From an uncultured Bacteroidales bacterium (GTDB taxonomy: Bacteria > Bacteroidota > Bacteroidia > Bacteroidales > UBA10428), in NCBI GenBank assembly GCA_964592225.1, contig CAZQCO010000008.1, positions 3 to 64,002 of the forward strand: a stretch of DNA of 64,000 nt. The letters run 5' to 3'. Every line of letters starts with the position of its first letter. Position 1 is the stretch's first letter. Both the position numbers and the translations under genes were made by a program. Below are positions 1 to 11,134 of the stretch, piece after piece. Below the pieces are notes generated by a model. The model was not told where the DNA came from. It saw nothing but the letters and a program-made list of their open reading frames with translations, and ran no database searches.

Positions 1-17
1 ATTATAAATTGTTAATT

Positions 18-1436
18 ATGAATTATTTAAAAATGGCCTGGCGGAATTTGTGGCGAAATAAAAGGCGGACAGCCATTACTACAGCCTCAATACTGTTTGC
101 AGTTTTTTTTGCACTGTTCATGAGGTCGTTTCAGCTTGGATTTTATGATCATATGATTAAAAATGCCATTGAATCCTTTACCGGATTTCTGCAGGTGCAA
201 CACATCGATTACCAGGATGACCCGTCCCTCGAAAATACTTTTGTCTGCACCGATTCACTCTTGAATTCGATAGGGAGTATCGATGGGATAAAGGCTGTAG
301 TGCCCCGCATGGAAAACTTTGCTCTGGCCTCTTCGGGTAATCAGACTAAAGGGACACTTATATTAGGTATTGATCCTGAAAAGGAGCAGGCCCTATCAAA
401 TCCTGAAAATTTTCTTGTTCGATACAGGCTGACCAAAAATATCATTACCGCACTGCAGGAAAATGCGGAATTGCCTGTTAGAATTAAAGATAAACTTGAG
501 CTTATTGCTAATAAGTCGTATTCCAATCTGGGAACCATAGCTATGGATATGGACATCGATGAGGAAGAAAATAAAGAATACCTTGAATTCATTGGAGAGA
601 CAAGCAGGATACCTGGCAATTATCTCACTCAGGATGATGACGGAGTATTAGTTTCCGACCGTCTGGCAAAGTACCTGAAGCTTTTTGTAGGTGATACACT
701 AATTCTGTTAGGACAGGGTTATCATGGAGCTACAGCAGCAGGTTTATATCCGGTACGGGGCATTGTGAAAATTCCCAGCCCTGAACTTGATAATAAACTT
801 ATTTATATGAATCTGCCTTATGCGCAAACATTTGCAGGATTAGGCAACAGAGTAACAACACTGGCCATTAATCTGGACGACAACAGCGAAAAGAATATGA
901 TAGCTTACCAGGAGTTGCTGAACAGGGAACTAACCGATCCGAAAATTCAGGTGAAAAACTGGATGGAATTTAATAAGGTGCTGAAACAACAGATTGAGGG
1001 AGATAATCAAAGCGGACAGGCATTTATGGCCTTATTATATTTTATCATCTTCTTTGGGATTTTCGGAACCGTGCTAATGATGATTCATGAGCGCTACAGG
1101 GAACTCGGAGTACTTGTTGCAATCGGGATGCGTAAAACAAAGCTGGCCATCACTTTTATTTACGAAATGTTTTTAATGGGTATCCTGGGAGTCCTGGCAG
1201 GGACTGTAATCAGTTTACCGTTTCTGTATTACTTACATAATAATCCTATTCGTATGACCGGTGATTTGGCCCAGGTAATGGAAGATATGGGATTTGAGGC
1301 AGTTATGCCTCTGGCCTGGATCGATATGTATGTACTCTGGCAAGGATTGATTGTGGCCTTTATGGTAGTGCTCTCTTGTCTTTATCCCTTGCGTAAGGTA
1401 CTGAAACTAAAAGTAATTGATGCCCTAAGGGCATAG
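18..1436 (+). CDS. ABC transporter permease, FtsX/LolC-E/MacB type
   Basis: ORF 9..1436. N-terminal MAWRNLWRNKRRT motif, a long soluble loop after TM1 and a C-terminal 3-TM FtsX-like block. ATG at 18 is preferred over TTG at 9. Confidence 0.8.
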   Translation: MNYLKMAWRNLWRNKRRTAITTASILFAVFFALFMRSFQLGFYDHMIKNAIESFTGFLQVQHIDYQDDPSLENTFVCTDSLLNSIGSIDGIKAVVPRMENFALASSGNQTKGTLILGIDPEKEQALSNPENFLVRYRLTKNIITALQENAELPVRIKDKLELIANKSYSNLGTIAMDMDIDEEENKEYLEFIGETSRIPGNYLTQDDDGVLVSDRLAKYLKLFVGDTLILLGQGYHGATAAGLYPVRGIVKIPSPELDNKLIYMNLPYAQTFAGLGNRVTTLAINLDDNSEKNMIAYQELLNRELTDPKIQVKNWMEFNKVLKQQIEGDNQSGQAFMALLYFIIFFGIFGTVLMMIHERYRELGVLVAIGMRKTKLAITFIYEMFLMGILGVLAGTVISLPFLYYLHNNPIRMTGDLAQVMEDMGFEAVMPLAWIDMYVLWQGLIVAFMVVLSCLYPLRKVLKLKVIDALRA

Positions 1437-1455
1437 TAACCATAATATTTATATC

Positions 1456-2877
1456 ATGATTTTATTAATTGGATGGAAAAATGTTTGGCGAAATAAAACC
1501 AGAAGTCTGGTTGTTATTATCGCCATGATGCTGGGAATTTTTGGTGGTGTTATGGCCACAGGAATTATGCAGGGTTGGATCGAACAACGTATTCACTCAA
1601 GTATATATAACGAGGTCTCACATGTTCAGATTCACAATCCCGAATATATGTTCAATGAGGAGATCCAGCATACTATCATAGGCTATGAGAGAGTAATCAG
1701 CGTACTTGATACTATCGAAAATATAGTAGCTTATTCACCCAGAGTGAAAATGTTTGCCATGGCAAAAACTCCAGGTGCAGCTTCAGGTTTTGTTATTAAA
1801 GGAATTGACAGAGACAGGGAAATGCAAGTTTCCGAAGTGTATAAGAGTATTATCGAAGGAGATTTTCTGGAAGGAGATCATCGCAAGCCATCGATCGTTA
1901 TTGGAAAAGAAGCAGCTAAAAATCTTAAGCTTTTGAATTATCAGGTTACAGAGGAGAAGCTGGATTCAATAGATCGTGAAGTATTTTCTGAAGAAGTGAT
2001 TAAAAAAGTTGAAGGTATAGGCCCGACACGATTTCGAAAAGAAAAAGACTTTCGTAAGGAACTGGGCGAAATATTGACAAAAGCTGAATTTAAAGAATAT
2101 TCCGATAAACTGGTAAAGTATTTTTCTTTCTTTCGGATGAGGGCGAGTATAGAAGTTACTATTCAGGATAAGGAAGGGAATATAATTCATCCGGTATTCA
2201 GGGTACGGGGAGTTTATAAAACGGATAATACGGTTTTTGATGCGATGAATGCTTTTGTTGACCGGGATATCCTGAATAAATATACCGGCCTTTCTGATAT
2301 GGAAGTACATGAAGTGGCGATTATTACGAACGACAATGAAACAGCAGTGATACTTGGAGATAAGCTCTCGGAATATTTACCCGCACAGGATATCTTATCG
2401 TGGAGACGGTTGGCTCCTGAAATTGCCATGTATACCGATTTCAGTAACCTAATGGCCTACATATATGTAGGAATTATACTGTTTGCACTTGCCTTTGGAA
2501 TAATAAATACCATGATGATGTCGGTGCTGGAACGAGTAAAAGAACTGGGTATGTTAATGGCTATTGGGATGAATAAGAAACGGGTATTTAATATGATTAT
2601 GATTGAGTCGGTATTTCTATCATTGTCCGGGGCAGTTATGGGGATGATATTCAGTGGAATTATGGTGGCTGTTTTAAGCAGGACTGGGATCAATTTTGAA
2701 ATGTGGAGTGAGGGATTTGAAGCCATCGGATATGCAGCCATAGTATATCCTTTTGTAACATGGCAGAATTACGTTGGTATTACCATTATGGTAATAATTA
2801 CCGGAATGATATCATCTATCTGGCCGGCCAGGAAAGCCCTGCGACTTAATCCTGTTGAGGCGTTGCGAACAGAATAG
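1456..2877 (+). CDS. ABC transporter permease, FtsX/LolC-E/MacB type (paralog of the upstream gene)
   Basis: N-terminal WKNVWRNKTRS motif, a large loop and a C-terminal FtsX-like TM block ending ARKALRLNPVEALR. Starts 19 nt after the upstream permease. Confidence 0.8.
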   Translation: MILLIGWKNVWRNKTRSLVVIIAMMLGIFGGVMATGIMQGWIEQRIHSSIYNEVSHVQIHNPEYMFNEEIQHTIIGYERVISVLDTIENIVAYSPRVKMFAMAKTPGAASGFVIKGIDRDREMQVSEVYKSIIEGDFLEGDHRKPSIVIGKEAAKNLKLLNYQVTEEKLDSIDREVFSEEVIKKVEGIGPTRFRKEKDFRKELGEILTKAEFKEYSDKLVKYFSFFRMRASIEVTIQDKEGNIIHPVFRVRGVYKTDNTVFDAMNAFVDRDILNKYTGLSDMEVHEVAIITNDNETAVILGDKLSEYLPAQDILSWRRLAPEIAMYTDFSNLMAYIYVGIILFALAFGIINTMMMSVLERVKELGMLMAIGMNKKRVFNMIMIESVFLSLSGAVMGMIFSGIMVAVLSRTGINFEMWSEGFEAIGYAAIVYPFVTWQNYVGITIMVIITGMISSIWPARKALRLNPVEALRTE

Positions 2878-2915
2878 ATCTAATTATTTGAGAAAAAACT
2901 TAAAATTTATATATC

Positions 2916-3605
2916 ATGAAAGTTATAGAAATTAAAAATGTCGAAAAAATATATAACGACTCAGAAGTACAAGTGCATGCAGTTAACGGAGTATCACTAT
3001 CGTTTGAAGAAGGTGAATTTGCTGCAATTGTAGGTCCCTCAGGATCGGGTAAAACAACTTTGTTAAATATGCTGGGAGGCCTTGATAATCCCAATTCGGG
3101 GGAAATATCAATTGGAGGCGTTAATATCAATACTTTAAAAGGATCGAAACTTATCGATTTTCGCCTGCATAATATTGGCTTTGTGTTCCAGTCGTATAAT
3201 CTTATTCCTGTTCTTACAGCCCAAGAGAACACGGAATTTGTAATGCAGATGCAAGGGATTTCCAAAGAGAAACGCGATAAAAGAGTGAAAGAGCTTTTAA
3301 CTGCAGTAGGTTTGGGTGAACGCCTCGACAGTCGTCCGGCACGTTTATCGGGCGGACAACAACAACGCGTTGCTGTAGCGCGTGCACTGGCTTCAAAACC
3401 TAAGTTCATACTGGCCGATGAGCCCACAGCCAATCTCGATTCAAGATCTACCGAAAATCTGCTGGATATAATGGAACACTTGAATAAAGAAGAGAAAGTC
3501 ACTTTTATATTTTCTACCCACGATGCACGTGTAGTAAAGAAAGCACGGAGAGTGATTACACTCGAAGATGGTAAAATCCTGAGCGATGAAGTAAAATCAA
3601 AATAA
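2916..3605 (+). CDS. ABC transporter ATP-binding protein (LolD/MacB-ATPase-like)
   Basis: Walker A GPSGSGKTT, ABC signature LSGGQQQRVAVARAL, Walker B ILADEPT, H-loop STHD. Confidence 0.92.
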   Translation: MKVIEIKNVEKIYNDSEVQVHAVNGVSLSFEEGEFAAIVGPSGSGKTTLLNMLGGLDNPNSGEISIGGVNINTLKGSKLIDFRLHNIGFVFQSYNLIPVLTAQENTEFVMQMQGISKEKRDKRVKELLTAVGLGERLDSRPARLSGGQQQRVAVARALASKPKFILADEPTANLDSRSTENLLDIMEHLNKEEKVTFIFSTHDARVVKKARRVITLEDGKILSDEVKSK

Positions 3606-3690
3606 TCAGTTAGGAGTATAGAAAGAATAGTTAATTCTAAAATCCTAATTTATCAGTTGTCAGAATATAAATTTACAAAAACCTAATATC

Positions 3691-4140
3691 GTGAATGCTG
3701 AAAATTTTTGGTTAGGATGGTTGAAAGTAACAATGATTATGGTAATTGTTGCGGGAGTGTTTCTGGCCATTTTTTCCGGGTTTGCCAATACCCAGTTTCT
3801 CGATGCAAAAATCAACAAAGTATTTCTCTATGGTTCAAATACAGGCCATCAGATTGAATCGCTTAAGAATTGGTATACCGGACTGGTTGGAGCTTTAATG
3901 ATGGGCTGGGGTATTTCTATGCTTTACGTTGTGAGCCATCCCTTAAGAAAAAGAGAACAATGGGCCTGGCGTAGTATTTTCTATCCGGTTGTGGTCTGGT
4001 ATATTATCGATTCGGGAATTTCAGCCTACTTTGGAGTAATTTTTAACGTAGTGATCAATACCATTTTGTTTCTTCAGATTATGGCTCCTTTGTTATTTCT
4101 CAGGAACCAGCTATTTGAAAAAATCAAAACAACAACATGA
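3691..4140 (+). CDS. Hypothetical polytopic inner-membrane protein
   Basis: 149-aa ORF with about four hydrophobic segments and a GTG start. Its stop overlaps the next ATG (ATGA at 4137..4140). No family recognised. Confidence 0.5.
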   Translation: MNAENFWLGWLKVTMIMVIVAGVFLAIFSGFANTQFLDAKINKVFLYGSNTGHQIESLKNWYTGLVGALMMGWGISMLYVVSHPLRKREQWAWRSIFYPVVVWYIIDSGISAYFGVIFNVVINTILFLQIMAPLLFLRNQLFEKIKTTT

Positions 4141-5363
4141 AGAGTATTATTATAATCGTGGGAATCCTGTTTCTCATTGGATTGAAGAGTGAAGCTCAAA
4201 ATGAAAATTCTTCATCCTCATACGATTTGAGTGGTTATATTTCTGTTATGCCGTCGTTGTATCTGACAAATGATTCTACACTCTGGCAGGTGCTGTTACA
4301 TAACCGGCTAAATTTCAACGCATATATCTCAAAGAATTTTACAATTTCTGTTCAGATGCGTAATCAACTCATTGCAGGCGATTTTGTCAAACTTATGGAT
4401 ATCAAGAATGGTTTTAATAAGGAGAATTATTTTCTGCCACTGACATGGAAGAAAGAGTTCGGTAATAACTACCTGCTAACTTCTGCTTTCGATCGGTTCT
4501 GGTTACAGTATACTTTCAGTAAGCTTGAAATAAAACTGGGCCGTCAAAGGATTAACTGGGGGCAGACTTTTGTTTGGAACCCGAATGATATTTTCAATAC
4601 CTACAATTTCTTTGATTTTGATTATCCGGAACGACCGGGAGCGGATGCGATCAGGGTGCAGTACTATCCAAGTTTCACCTCTTCGCTCGATCTGGCTGCC
4701 AAGATCGACAGCGCCGGTAATTTTACCGGAGGAGGATTATTCAGGTTCACACGCTGGAATACGGAATTTCAACTATTGACCGGGTACTATAGTAATTCGA
4801 ACAAGTTGATTATTTCCGATACACTTCCTCAATATAGCTGGGATACCGAAGATCTGATAGCAGGATTAGGATTTTCATCAGGTATTGGAACGATAAGTTT
4901 ACGGGGTGAAATAAGTTACTTATACTCTGTTCAGGAGGGAAATGACTCAACAAATCAGTTTTTGGCCAGTGTAGCTGTCGATTATACCTTGGGTTCCAAA
5001 ACATCCATGATGTTCGAGTTCTTTTATAATGATAATGTACAAAAATCGGCGACATCGTTTCTGGGGATGTATGAAGGAAGTCAGAATGTTAAAACATTAT
5101 CCTTTACCAAATACAATATTTTCGGGCAGCTTACCTATCCGGTATTACCCATATTAAATACAACCCTGGCAGGCATGTACTTTTTCGATGATAATCTGAC
5201 AGGTTTTTTTGCTGGTCCCAGTGTGGAACTTTCCCTTGGAGATAACCTGACTTTATCAACATTTTTCCAGGCATTTGGTTTCAGATACGAAAATCCGTAC
5301 ACAAAAGAAAAGGAATGGCTTAACAGTACGTATGCATATTTACGCATGAAGTGGAATTTTTAA
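4137..5363 (+). CDS. Putative outer-membrane beta-barrel protein (porin / alginate-export-like)
   Basis: Signal peptide MKSIIIIVGILFLIGLKSEAQ. Alternating beta-strand-like pattern, GRQRINWGQ motif and C-terminal aromatic ...RMKWNF. Confidence 0.55.
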   Translation: MKSIIIIVGILFLIGLKSEAQNENSSSSYDLSGYISVMPSLYLTNDSTLWQVLLHNRLNFNAYISKNFTISVQMRNQLIAGDFVKLMDIKNGFNKENYFLPLTWKKEFGNNYLLTSAFDRFWLQYTFSKLEIKLGRQRINWGQTFVWNPNDIFNTYNFFDFDYPERPGADAIRVQYYPSFTSSLDLAAKIDSAGNFTGGGLFRFTRWNTEFQLLTGYYSNSNKLIISDTLPQYSWDTEDLIAGLGFSSGIGTISLRGEISYLYSVQEGNDSTNQFLASVAVDYTLGSKTSMMFEFFYNDNVQKSATSFLGMYEGSQNVKTLSFTKYNIFGQLTYPVLPILNTTLAGMYFFDDNLTGFFAGPSVELSLGDNLTLSTFFQAFGFRYENPYTKEKEWLNSTYAYLRMKWNF

Positions 5364-5383
5364 AGCCGTTGTAAGAAGTAGGT

Positions 5384-6268
5384 TTATCCTTTTAGAGCTT
5401 CAGCCCCGCTGACTATTTCCAGAATTTCTTTGGTGATTGCTGCCTGTCTTGCTTTGTTGTATTCAAGTTGCAGCGATTTAATCATTTCGATGGCATTATC
5501 CGTGGCTTTATGCATAGCTGTCATACGGGCACCGTGTTCCGAAGCCATTGAGTCGAGAAATGCCTTATAAAACTGGATTTTAAGTGATTTAGGGATCAAA
5601 TCCCTAATGATATCTTTTTTAGTAGGTTCAAAAATATAGTCGTAATGATCCTGCACTTTAAAATCTGATTCTTCGGGTACTATTACCGGCAGATAATTTT
5701 CAACAACCAGATCATGTATAGCAGCATTACGGAATTGATTATAAATAATTTTAACCTCATCGTATTGACCATTTTCGAACGAAGCGATAATACGTTTTGC
5801 CAGCGGATTTACAAGATCATAACTTAAGTGATCAAGGATTTCATGATGTGTTTCAGCTATAGTGACATTTTTGTTTTTCAATAATTCAGTGCCTTTTTTT
5901 CCAATACTGATGATGTCGACCTGATTCTGAGAATTAAGTTTACTATACCCGGTTTCCAACAAGTGTATCACTTTTTTTGCCACGTTGGTGTTATAAGCTC
6001 CGCATAGACCCTTGTTAGATGAAATAGCTACTATCAGCACTCTTCTAAGTACTCTTTCCGTAGCGAAAATAGTATCCAATTCATTATCAAGGCTATGAGT
6101 AAGGTTGATAAGTATTTCATTCAGTTTATTCACATAGGGTCGCATTTGAATAATTTTATCCTGTGCTCTGCGCAATTTAGCCGCCGAAACCATTTTCATG
6201 GCACTAGTAATTTGCTTAGTACCCTGTACCGAAATAATTCTTGTACGAATTTCTTTTAGATTGGCCAT
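5384..6268 (-). CDS. atpG: F0F1 ATP synthase subunit gamma
   Basis: MANLKEIRTRI...TKQITSAMKMVSAAKLRRAQ N-terminus and C-terminal ITKEILEIVSGAEAL are hallmarks of gamma. Confidence 0.92.
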   Translation of the reverse strand: MANLKEIRTRIISVQGTKQITSAMKMVSAAKLRRAQDKIIQMRPYVNKLNEILINLTHSLDNELDTIFATERVLRRVLIVAISSNKGLCGAYNTNVAKKVIHLLETGYSKLNSQNQVDIISIGKKGTELLKNKNVTIAETHHEILDHLSYDLVNPLAKRIIASFENGQYDEVKIIYNQFRNAAIHDLVVENYLPVIVPEESDFKVQDHYDYIFEPTKKDIIRDLIPKSLKIQFYKAFLDSMASEHGARMTAMHKATDNAIEMIKSLQLEYNKARQAAITKEILEIVSGAEALKG

Positions 6269-6286
6269 GCCGGGAATATCTTAAAA

Positions 6287-7864
6287 TTACTCAAATCGTT
6301 CAGCGATTTCTTTTGCCACTGCGATCAGAATTTTTTCAACTTCTTCATCAAATTTCCCCTTTTGAATAATATCAAGGGTTTTTCTATGTTTGAGTTCAAG
6401 AAAATCGAGGTATTCTTTTTCAAATTCCTGTATTTTATCCACGGGTATTTTTGAAAGTAATCCACGGGTTCCGCAGAAAATAATAGCTACTTGTTTCTCA
6501 ACAGATAAAGGTTGATATTGACCCTGTTTTAAAATTTCAACATTTTTTGCCCCTTTGTCAATAATAGCCAATGTGGCTGCATCAAGATCGGAACCAAATT
6601 TCGCAAAGGCTTCCAGTTCGCGGAACTGAGCCTGATCGAGCTTTAGTGTACCTGCAACCTTTTTCATCGAATTGATCTGGGCTTTTCCTCCTACACGGGA
6701 AACGGATATACCCACATTGATTGCAGGACGAACTCCTGAATTGAAAAGATTTGATTCCAGGAATATCTGACCATCGGTAATAGAGATTACGTTGGTGGGA
6801 ATATAAGCCGATACATCACCGGCCTGAGTTTCGATGATAGGTAATGCAGTCAGGGAACCACCTCCTTTAACTAAGTGGCGAATACTGTCGGGAAGATCAT
6901 TCATTGTGGCTGCAATATCATTGTTTTCAATGATTTTTGCGGCACGCTCAAGAAGCCGGGAATGCAGATAAAAGACATCGCCCGGATAGGCTTCACGACC
7001 TGGAGGCCGACGTAACAAGAGTGACACTTCACGATACGAAACTGCCTGTTTTGACAGATCATCATAAATGATCAAAGCAGCGCGGCCTGTATCGCGAAAA
7101 TATTCACCAATTGATGCACCTGCAAATGGAGCATAGAATTGCAGGGCAGCAGGATCGGCGGCATTTGCGGCTACTATTACCGTATAGCTAAGGGCGCCGT
7201 TTGTCTCTAGTGTTTTTGAAATGTTGGCAACCGTTGAACCTTTCTGTCCGATAGCAACATATATACAGTAAACCGGCTCTCCCCGATCGTAGAATTCCTT
7301 TTGGTTTATTATGGTATCAATAGCGATGGCAGTTTTACCGGTTTGACGATCGCCAATAATCAACTCACGTTGTCCGCGGCCGATGGGTGTCATCGCATCA
7401 ATGGCTTTTATACCGGTTTGTAAAGGCTCGTTAACCGGTTGGCGAAAAATTACTCCCGGAGCCTTTCTCTCAAAAGGCATTTCATAGGTTTTACCATGAA
7501 TATCACCCTTACCATCGATAGGTTCACCAAGTGTATTTACAATGCGGCCTAAAAGACCTTCACCTGCCTGAATAGAAGCAATTGTTTTTGAACGTTTTAC
7601 TGAATCACCTTCTTTAACATCTTCGGACGAACCCAGGAGAACAGCGCCAACATTATCTTCTTCAAGATTCATGACAATACCTATTACACCGCTTTCAAAC
7701 TCAATCATTTCGTTTGAACAAACATTGGTTAATCCATGAATACGGGCAATACCATCGCCAACCTGAAGAACGGTTCCCACTTCTTCGAGTTCAACATTGA
7801 TATGAATTCCTTTTAACTGTTCTTTAAGTATTTTTGATACTTCAGAAGGTTTTATTGTCGACAT
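6287..7864 (-). CDS. atpA: F0F1 ATP synthase subunit alpha
   Basis: P-loop GDRQTGKT plus conserved alpha blocks ([36 protein letters not shown]). Confidence 0.96.
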   Translation of the reverse strand: MSTIKPSEVSKILKEQLKGIHINVELEEVGTVLQVGDGIARIHGLTNVCSNEMIEFESGVIGIVMNLEEDNVGAVLLGSSEDVKEGDSVKRSKTIASIQAGEGLLGRIVNTLGEPIDGKGDIHGKTYEMPFERKAPGVIFRQPVNEPLQTGIKAIDAMTPIGRGQRELIIGDRQTGKTAIAIDTIINQKEFYDRGEPVYCIYVAIGQKGSTVANISKTLETNGALSYTVIVAANAADPAALQFYAPFAGASIGEYFRDTGRAALIIYDDLSKQAVSYREVSLLLRRPPGREAYPGDVFYLHSRLLERAAKIIENNDIAATMNDLPDSIRHLVKGGGSLTALPIIETQAGDVSAYIPTNVISITDGQIFLESNLFNSGVRPAINVGISVSRVGGKAQINSMKKVAGTLKLDQAQFRELEAFAKFGSDLDAATLAIIDKGAKNVEILKQGQYQPLSVEKQVAIIFCGTRGLLSKIPVDKIQEFEKEYLDFLELKHRKTLDIIQKGKFDEEVEKILIAVAKEIAERFE

Positions 7865-7876
7865 TCCAACTATTAT

Positions 7877-8416
7877 TTATGTATGAATTAATTCTCGTTT
7901 TATCTTATTCAACTGATGACGAAGGCTGGCATTAATTTGCTGGTCTTCGATTTTTAATATAAATCCTCCAATAATATCAGCATCCACATTTTCATTTAGT
8001 TCCATATTAAGTTTAAATTTTCGGGATATAAAATTGAAAATTTCATCCCGATATTTGGGAGAAAGCATTTTTGCCGTTGTAATAGTGGCTTCCTTTATTC
8101 CAAGAGCATTTTTGTAATAATGTATATAGTAATGGCAGATATTTTTTAAAAATATTTCCCGCCTGTTTTCAATTAAAAGATGAAGAAATTTCATGGTCAG
8201 ATCATTCAGTTGCTTTAAAAACAATTCATCAATAAGTCGCAATTTTTTGCTTATTTTAAGCAAAGGAGTTTCAATGAGAGTCATAAATTCAGGCGATTCC
8301 TGAATACAGTTTAGTAAAATTTCAATATCAGTCTTAACCTTATCCTGAAGTTTAGATTCAGCGGCCAGGCGGTACAGGGCTTTAACGTAGCGTACAGTTA
8401 TTAAACTTTCATTCAT
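7877..8416 (-). CDS. atpH: F0F1 ATP synthase subunit delta (OSCP)
   Basis: 179-aa helical protein between atpF and atpA. RYVKALYRLA start and C-terminal GGFILKIEDQQINASL are typical of delta. Confidence 0.8.
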   Translation of the reverse strand: MNESLITVRYVKALYRLAAESKLQDKVKTDIEILLNCIQESPEFMTLIETPLLKISKKLRLIDELFLKQLNDLTMKFLHLLIENRREIFLKNICHYYIHYYKNALGIKEATITTAKMLSPKYRDEIFNFISRKFKLNMELNENVDADIIGGFILKIEDQQINASLRHQLNKIKRELIHT

Positions 8417-8429
8417 TGATTAAATGAAT

Positions 8430-8924
8430 TTAATTCATCCTTGTTTCTCTGAGCAACCTGTCGATCAGATACTTTTGTTCCTCGTCGCTGACCAGTTTTT
8501 CGCGAAGTAGTTTTTCAGCCATGGCAATTGATAAATTCGCTGAATGTTCTTTTATTTCTCTCAGGGCATTTTCTTTTTCTGATTTAATTGAATTTCGTGC
8601 ATCCTCAATTATTTTGGTTGCTTCATTAGCTGCCTGTTCCTTTGCCTGATTAAGGATCGATTCTTTTAACCCTCTGCCTTCCATAATTATTTTATCACGT
8701 TCCATTTTGCCTTCAGCAAGGATCTTCTCATTATTAGCATTTAGCTGTTCCATTTCCTTCTTTGCATTTTCTGCAGCTTTTAGAGCATTTGCAATGGAAT
8801 CTTCCCGCATTTTAAGGGCATTCAAAAGAGGTTTCCATGCAAATTTCTTGAGAAGGAAAAATACGGTCAGGAATGCAATAAGCATCCAGATCAATGTTCC
8901 GGTATGTGGTGTTAGTAAGCCCAT
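8430..8924 (-). CDS. atpF: F0F1 ATP synthase subunit b
   Basis: A single N-terminal TM followed by a long charged coiled coil. Lies between atpE and atpH. Confidence 0.85.
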   Translation of the reverse strand: MGLLTPHTGTLIWMLIAFLTVFFLLKKFAWKPLLNALKMREDSIANALKAAENAKKEMEQLNANNEKILAEGKMERDKIIMEGRGLKESILNQAKEQAANEATKIIEDARNSIKSEKENALREIKEHSANLSIAMAEKLLREKLVSDEEQKYLIDRLLRETRMN

Positions 8925-8983
8925 AATTAATTAAGTTTTACAAAACAGAGAGTATGGCCAACCGCCATACCTCTGTTAATAGA

Positions 8984-9247
<264 letters not shown>

Positions 9248-9256
9248 TTATATGAA

Positions 9257-10402
9257 TTAATGATGTTCTTCGACAGCCATACCGAAGTAAAGGGCCGATA
9301 AGAACGTAAAAACATATGCCTGAATGAATGCAACTAATAGTTCTAAAAGAGTCATAAACATAATAAATAATACAGACACTACAGAGACACCTAAACCCAG
9401 GTACTGATTCATTTCACCAAATAAAAAAATCAGAGTTAAAAATCCCAGTGTGATTATATGACCTGCTGTGATGTTGGCAAACAAACGAACCATAAGAACA
9501 AAGGGTTTAGTAAAAATACCTATCATTTCCACAATAGGCATAATGGCCAGAGGTGGTACTTTAAGCCAAACCGGAACACCGGGGGTGTTAAAAATATGTT
9601 CCCAGTAGATCTTATTTCCGTTTATGGCAGTAATAACAAAAGTAAAAAGAGCAAGAACCATAGTAACAGCAATATTCCCGGTTACATTTGCACCTCCCGG
9701 AAAAATAGGAATGAGTCCCAGCATATTATTTATCCAGATAAAAAAGAATACGGTTAGCAAATAGGGCATGAAGCGCTCATATTTTTTTTCACCGATAGAA
9801 GATTTGGCAATTTCATCACGTACGAATATAATCACGGGTTCAAGCAGCGATTGCATACCCTTTGGGGGTGAGAGGGGATTGCGTTTGTACGTATTACCAA
9901 CACTTATAAAAATAAATAGAATCAGGAAAACACTGAAAAAGAGTGCGGCCACATTTTTTGTGATGGATATATCAAAGGGAAGAACCTCTTTACCATTACT
10001 CAGTGTTTCAACAATTTTATCTTTATTTTCACCTTCACTTTCCAGCCGGAAGCCTTTATATTCGGAATAACCATGATGAAATTTCGAGGACATAAATAAT
10101 ACAATTCCTTTCTCTTTACTATAGAGAATGACCGGAAGCGGAATGTTTATGGATAATTTGCCTATATCGATAATAGGCCAGTCGTGAGAGTCACCTATAT
10201 GATCAAAAATAAAAGTGCCGGGATCGAATTTTTTATGATGATTCTGATTGTTTTCGTTATTGGATTGGAGATGTTCTTCTCCGGCAGGATGCTCGGGAGG
10301 TTCAGAAGCTAAATTATATCCTGTAGAAAAGATAAAGAAAGTAATAAATAGGATAATTAATCTCAAAACTCGTTCTTCACGAAACATAAACTGCAATTTC
10401 AT
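9257..10402 (-). CDS. atpB: F0F1 ATP synthase subunit a (with a long N-terminal extension)
   Basis: C-terminal half has the a-subunit pattern (LMVRLFANITAGHI with the essential Arg). The N-terminal ~150 aa form an extra His/Asn-rich segment. Confidence 0.85.
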   Translation of the reverse strand: MKLQFMFREERVLRLIILFITFFIFSTGYNLASEPPEHPAGEEHLQSNNENNQNHHKKFDPGTFIFDHIGDSHDWPIIDIGKLSINIPLPVILYSKEKGIVLFMSSKFHHGYSEYKGFRLESEGENKDKIVETLSNGKEVLPFDISITKNVAALFFSVFLILFIFISVGNTYKRNPLSPPKGMQSLLEPVIIFVRDEIAKSSIGEKKYERFMPYLLTVFFFIWINNMLGLIPIFPGGANVTGNIAVTMVLALFTFVITAINGNKIYWEHIFNTPGVPVWLKVPPLAIMPIVEMIGIFTKPFVLMVRLFANITAGHIITLGFLTLIFLFGEMNQYLGLGVSVVSVLFIMFMTLLELLVAFIQAYVFTFLSALYFGMAVEEHH

Positions 10403-10511
10403 TTAATACTAAAGTTAAAAAAGAATTTCTTTACTTATCTAAACCTGCAGTACTTTTTCTTAGCAATCCAGCGATTATTCATTTCATGAGTATAAAAGAC
10501 TGAAAAGAATC

Positions 10512-10901
10512 CTACTTTTTGCTCTTCATCATTTTTAAAAGACTGGTAATTTCAATGCTGAAATAAATAAGGTAAAGGCAGAATAGGGTTATAATAAAAA
10601 CTGCCCGTTGTTTTGTTTGGTCTTCGAGCAGTAAAAAAGTTATTGCAATACCCAGGTAAAGGAAAAATCGAATTGCAAATGATTTCACCAAAGCGTTCAG
10701 TATCTGATTCCCCGAAACCTGAGTCTTAGAAGAGAGATAAAAGGAGAGCAGATTTACGGAAAGAGCGATCAGCAATAAAGCGGGATAAAGTGGATGATAA
10801 TAATCCTGCAGGAAATATGCAAACATTATCACACCAGCACATGCAATGAGTAAAGTAACTAACAGATTTAGAATAAGAAAACTTCTTAGCATGTTATTCA
10901 T
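10512..10901 (-). CDS. Hypothetical 4-TM membrane protein in the AtpI-like position upstream of atpB
   Basis: 129-aa hydrophobic ORF. Its start overlaps the stop of the AtpZ-like gene (ATGA at 10898..10901). Family not recognised. Confidence 0.45.
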   Translation of the reverse strand: MNNMLRSFLILNLLVTLLIACAGVIMFAYFLQDYYHPLYPALLLIALSVNLLSFYLSSKTQVSGNQILNALVKSFAIRFFLYLGIAITFLLLEDQTKQRAVFIITLFCLYLIYFSIEITSLLKMMKSKK

Positions 10902-11134
10902 GGTTCTTTCTTACCTATAAAATCCTTTAATATGATGTACATAGCAAGAAGAACAGAAAGGAATGAAAGGGCAACAGTGAAGACTGGAAATTTCCAGTTA
11001 AGTTTACTATCAATTTTTATACCTCCAAAAGTTCCGGCAAGTATTACAACAGCCATCTGAAATACGATACCGGAGTAATGAGCATAATTATTTAAGCTTT
11101 TTTTGGTCTTCCTGACCGACTGGTTGTCCGGCAT
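10898..11134 (-). CDS. AtpZ/AtpI-family small membrane protein (putative F0F1 ATPase accessory subunit)
   Basis: 78 aa. Basic N-terminus then two TM helices (YSGIVFQMAVVILAGTFGGIKID...), as in AtpZ-type proteins that lead atp operons. Confidence 0.6.
   Translation of the reverse strand: MPDNQSVRKTKKSLNNYAHYSGIVFQMAVVILAGTFGGIKIDSKLNWKFPVFTVALSFLSVLLAMYIILKDFIGKKEP

Noticed and set aside
2900-3502. A 200-aa minus-strand ORF.
   Set aside because: It lies entirely antisense to the ABC ATPase gene, which has complete Walker and signature motifs.
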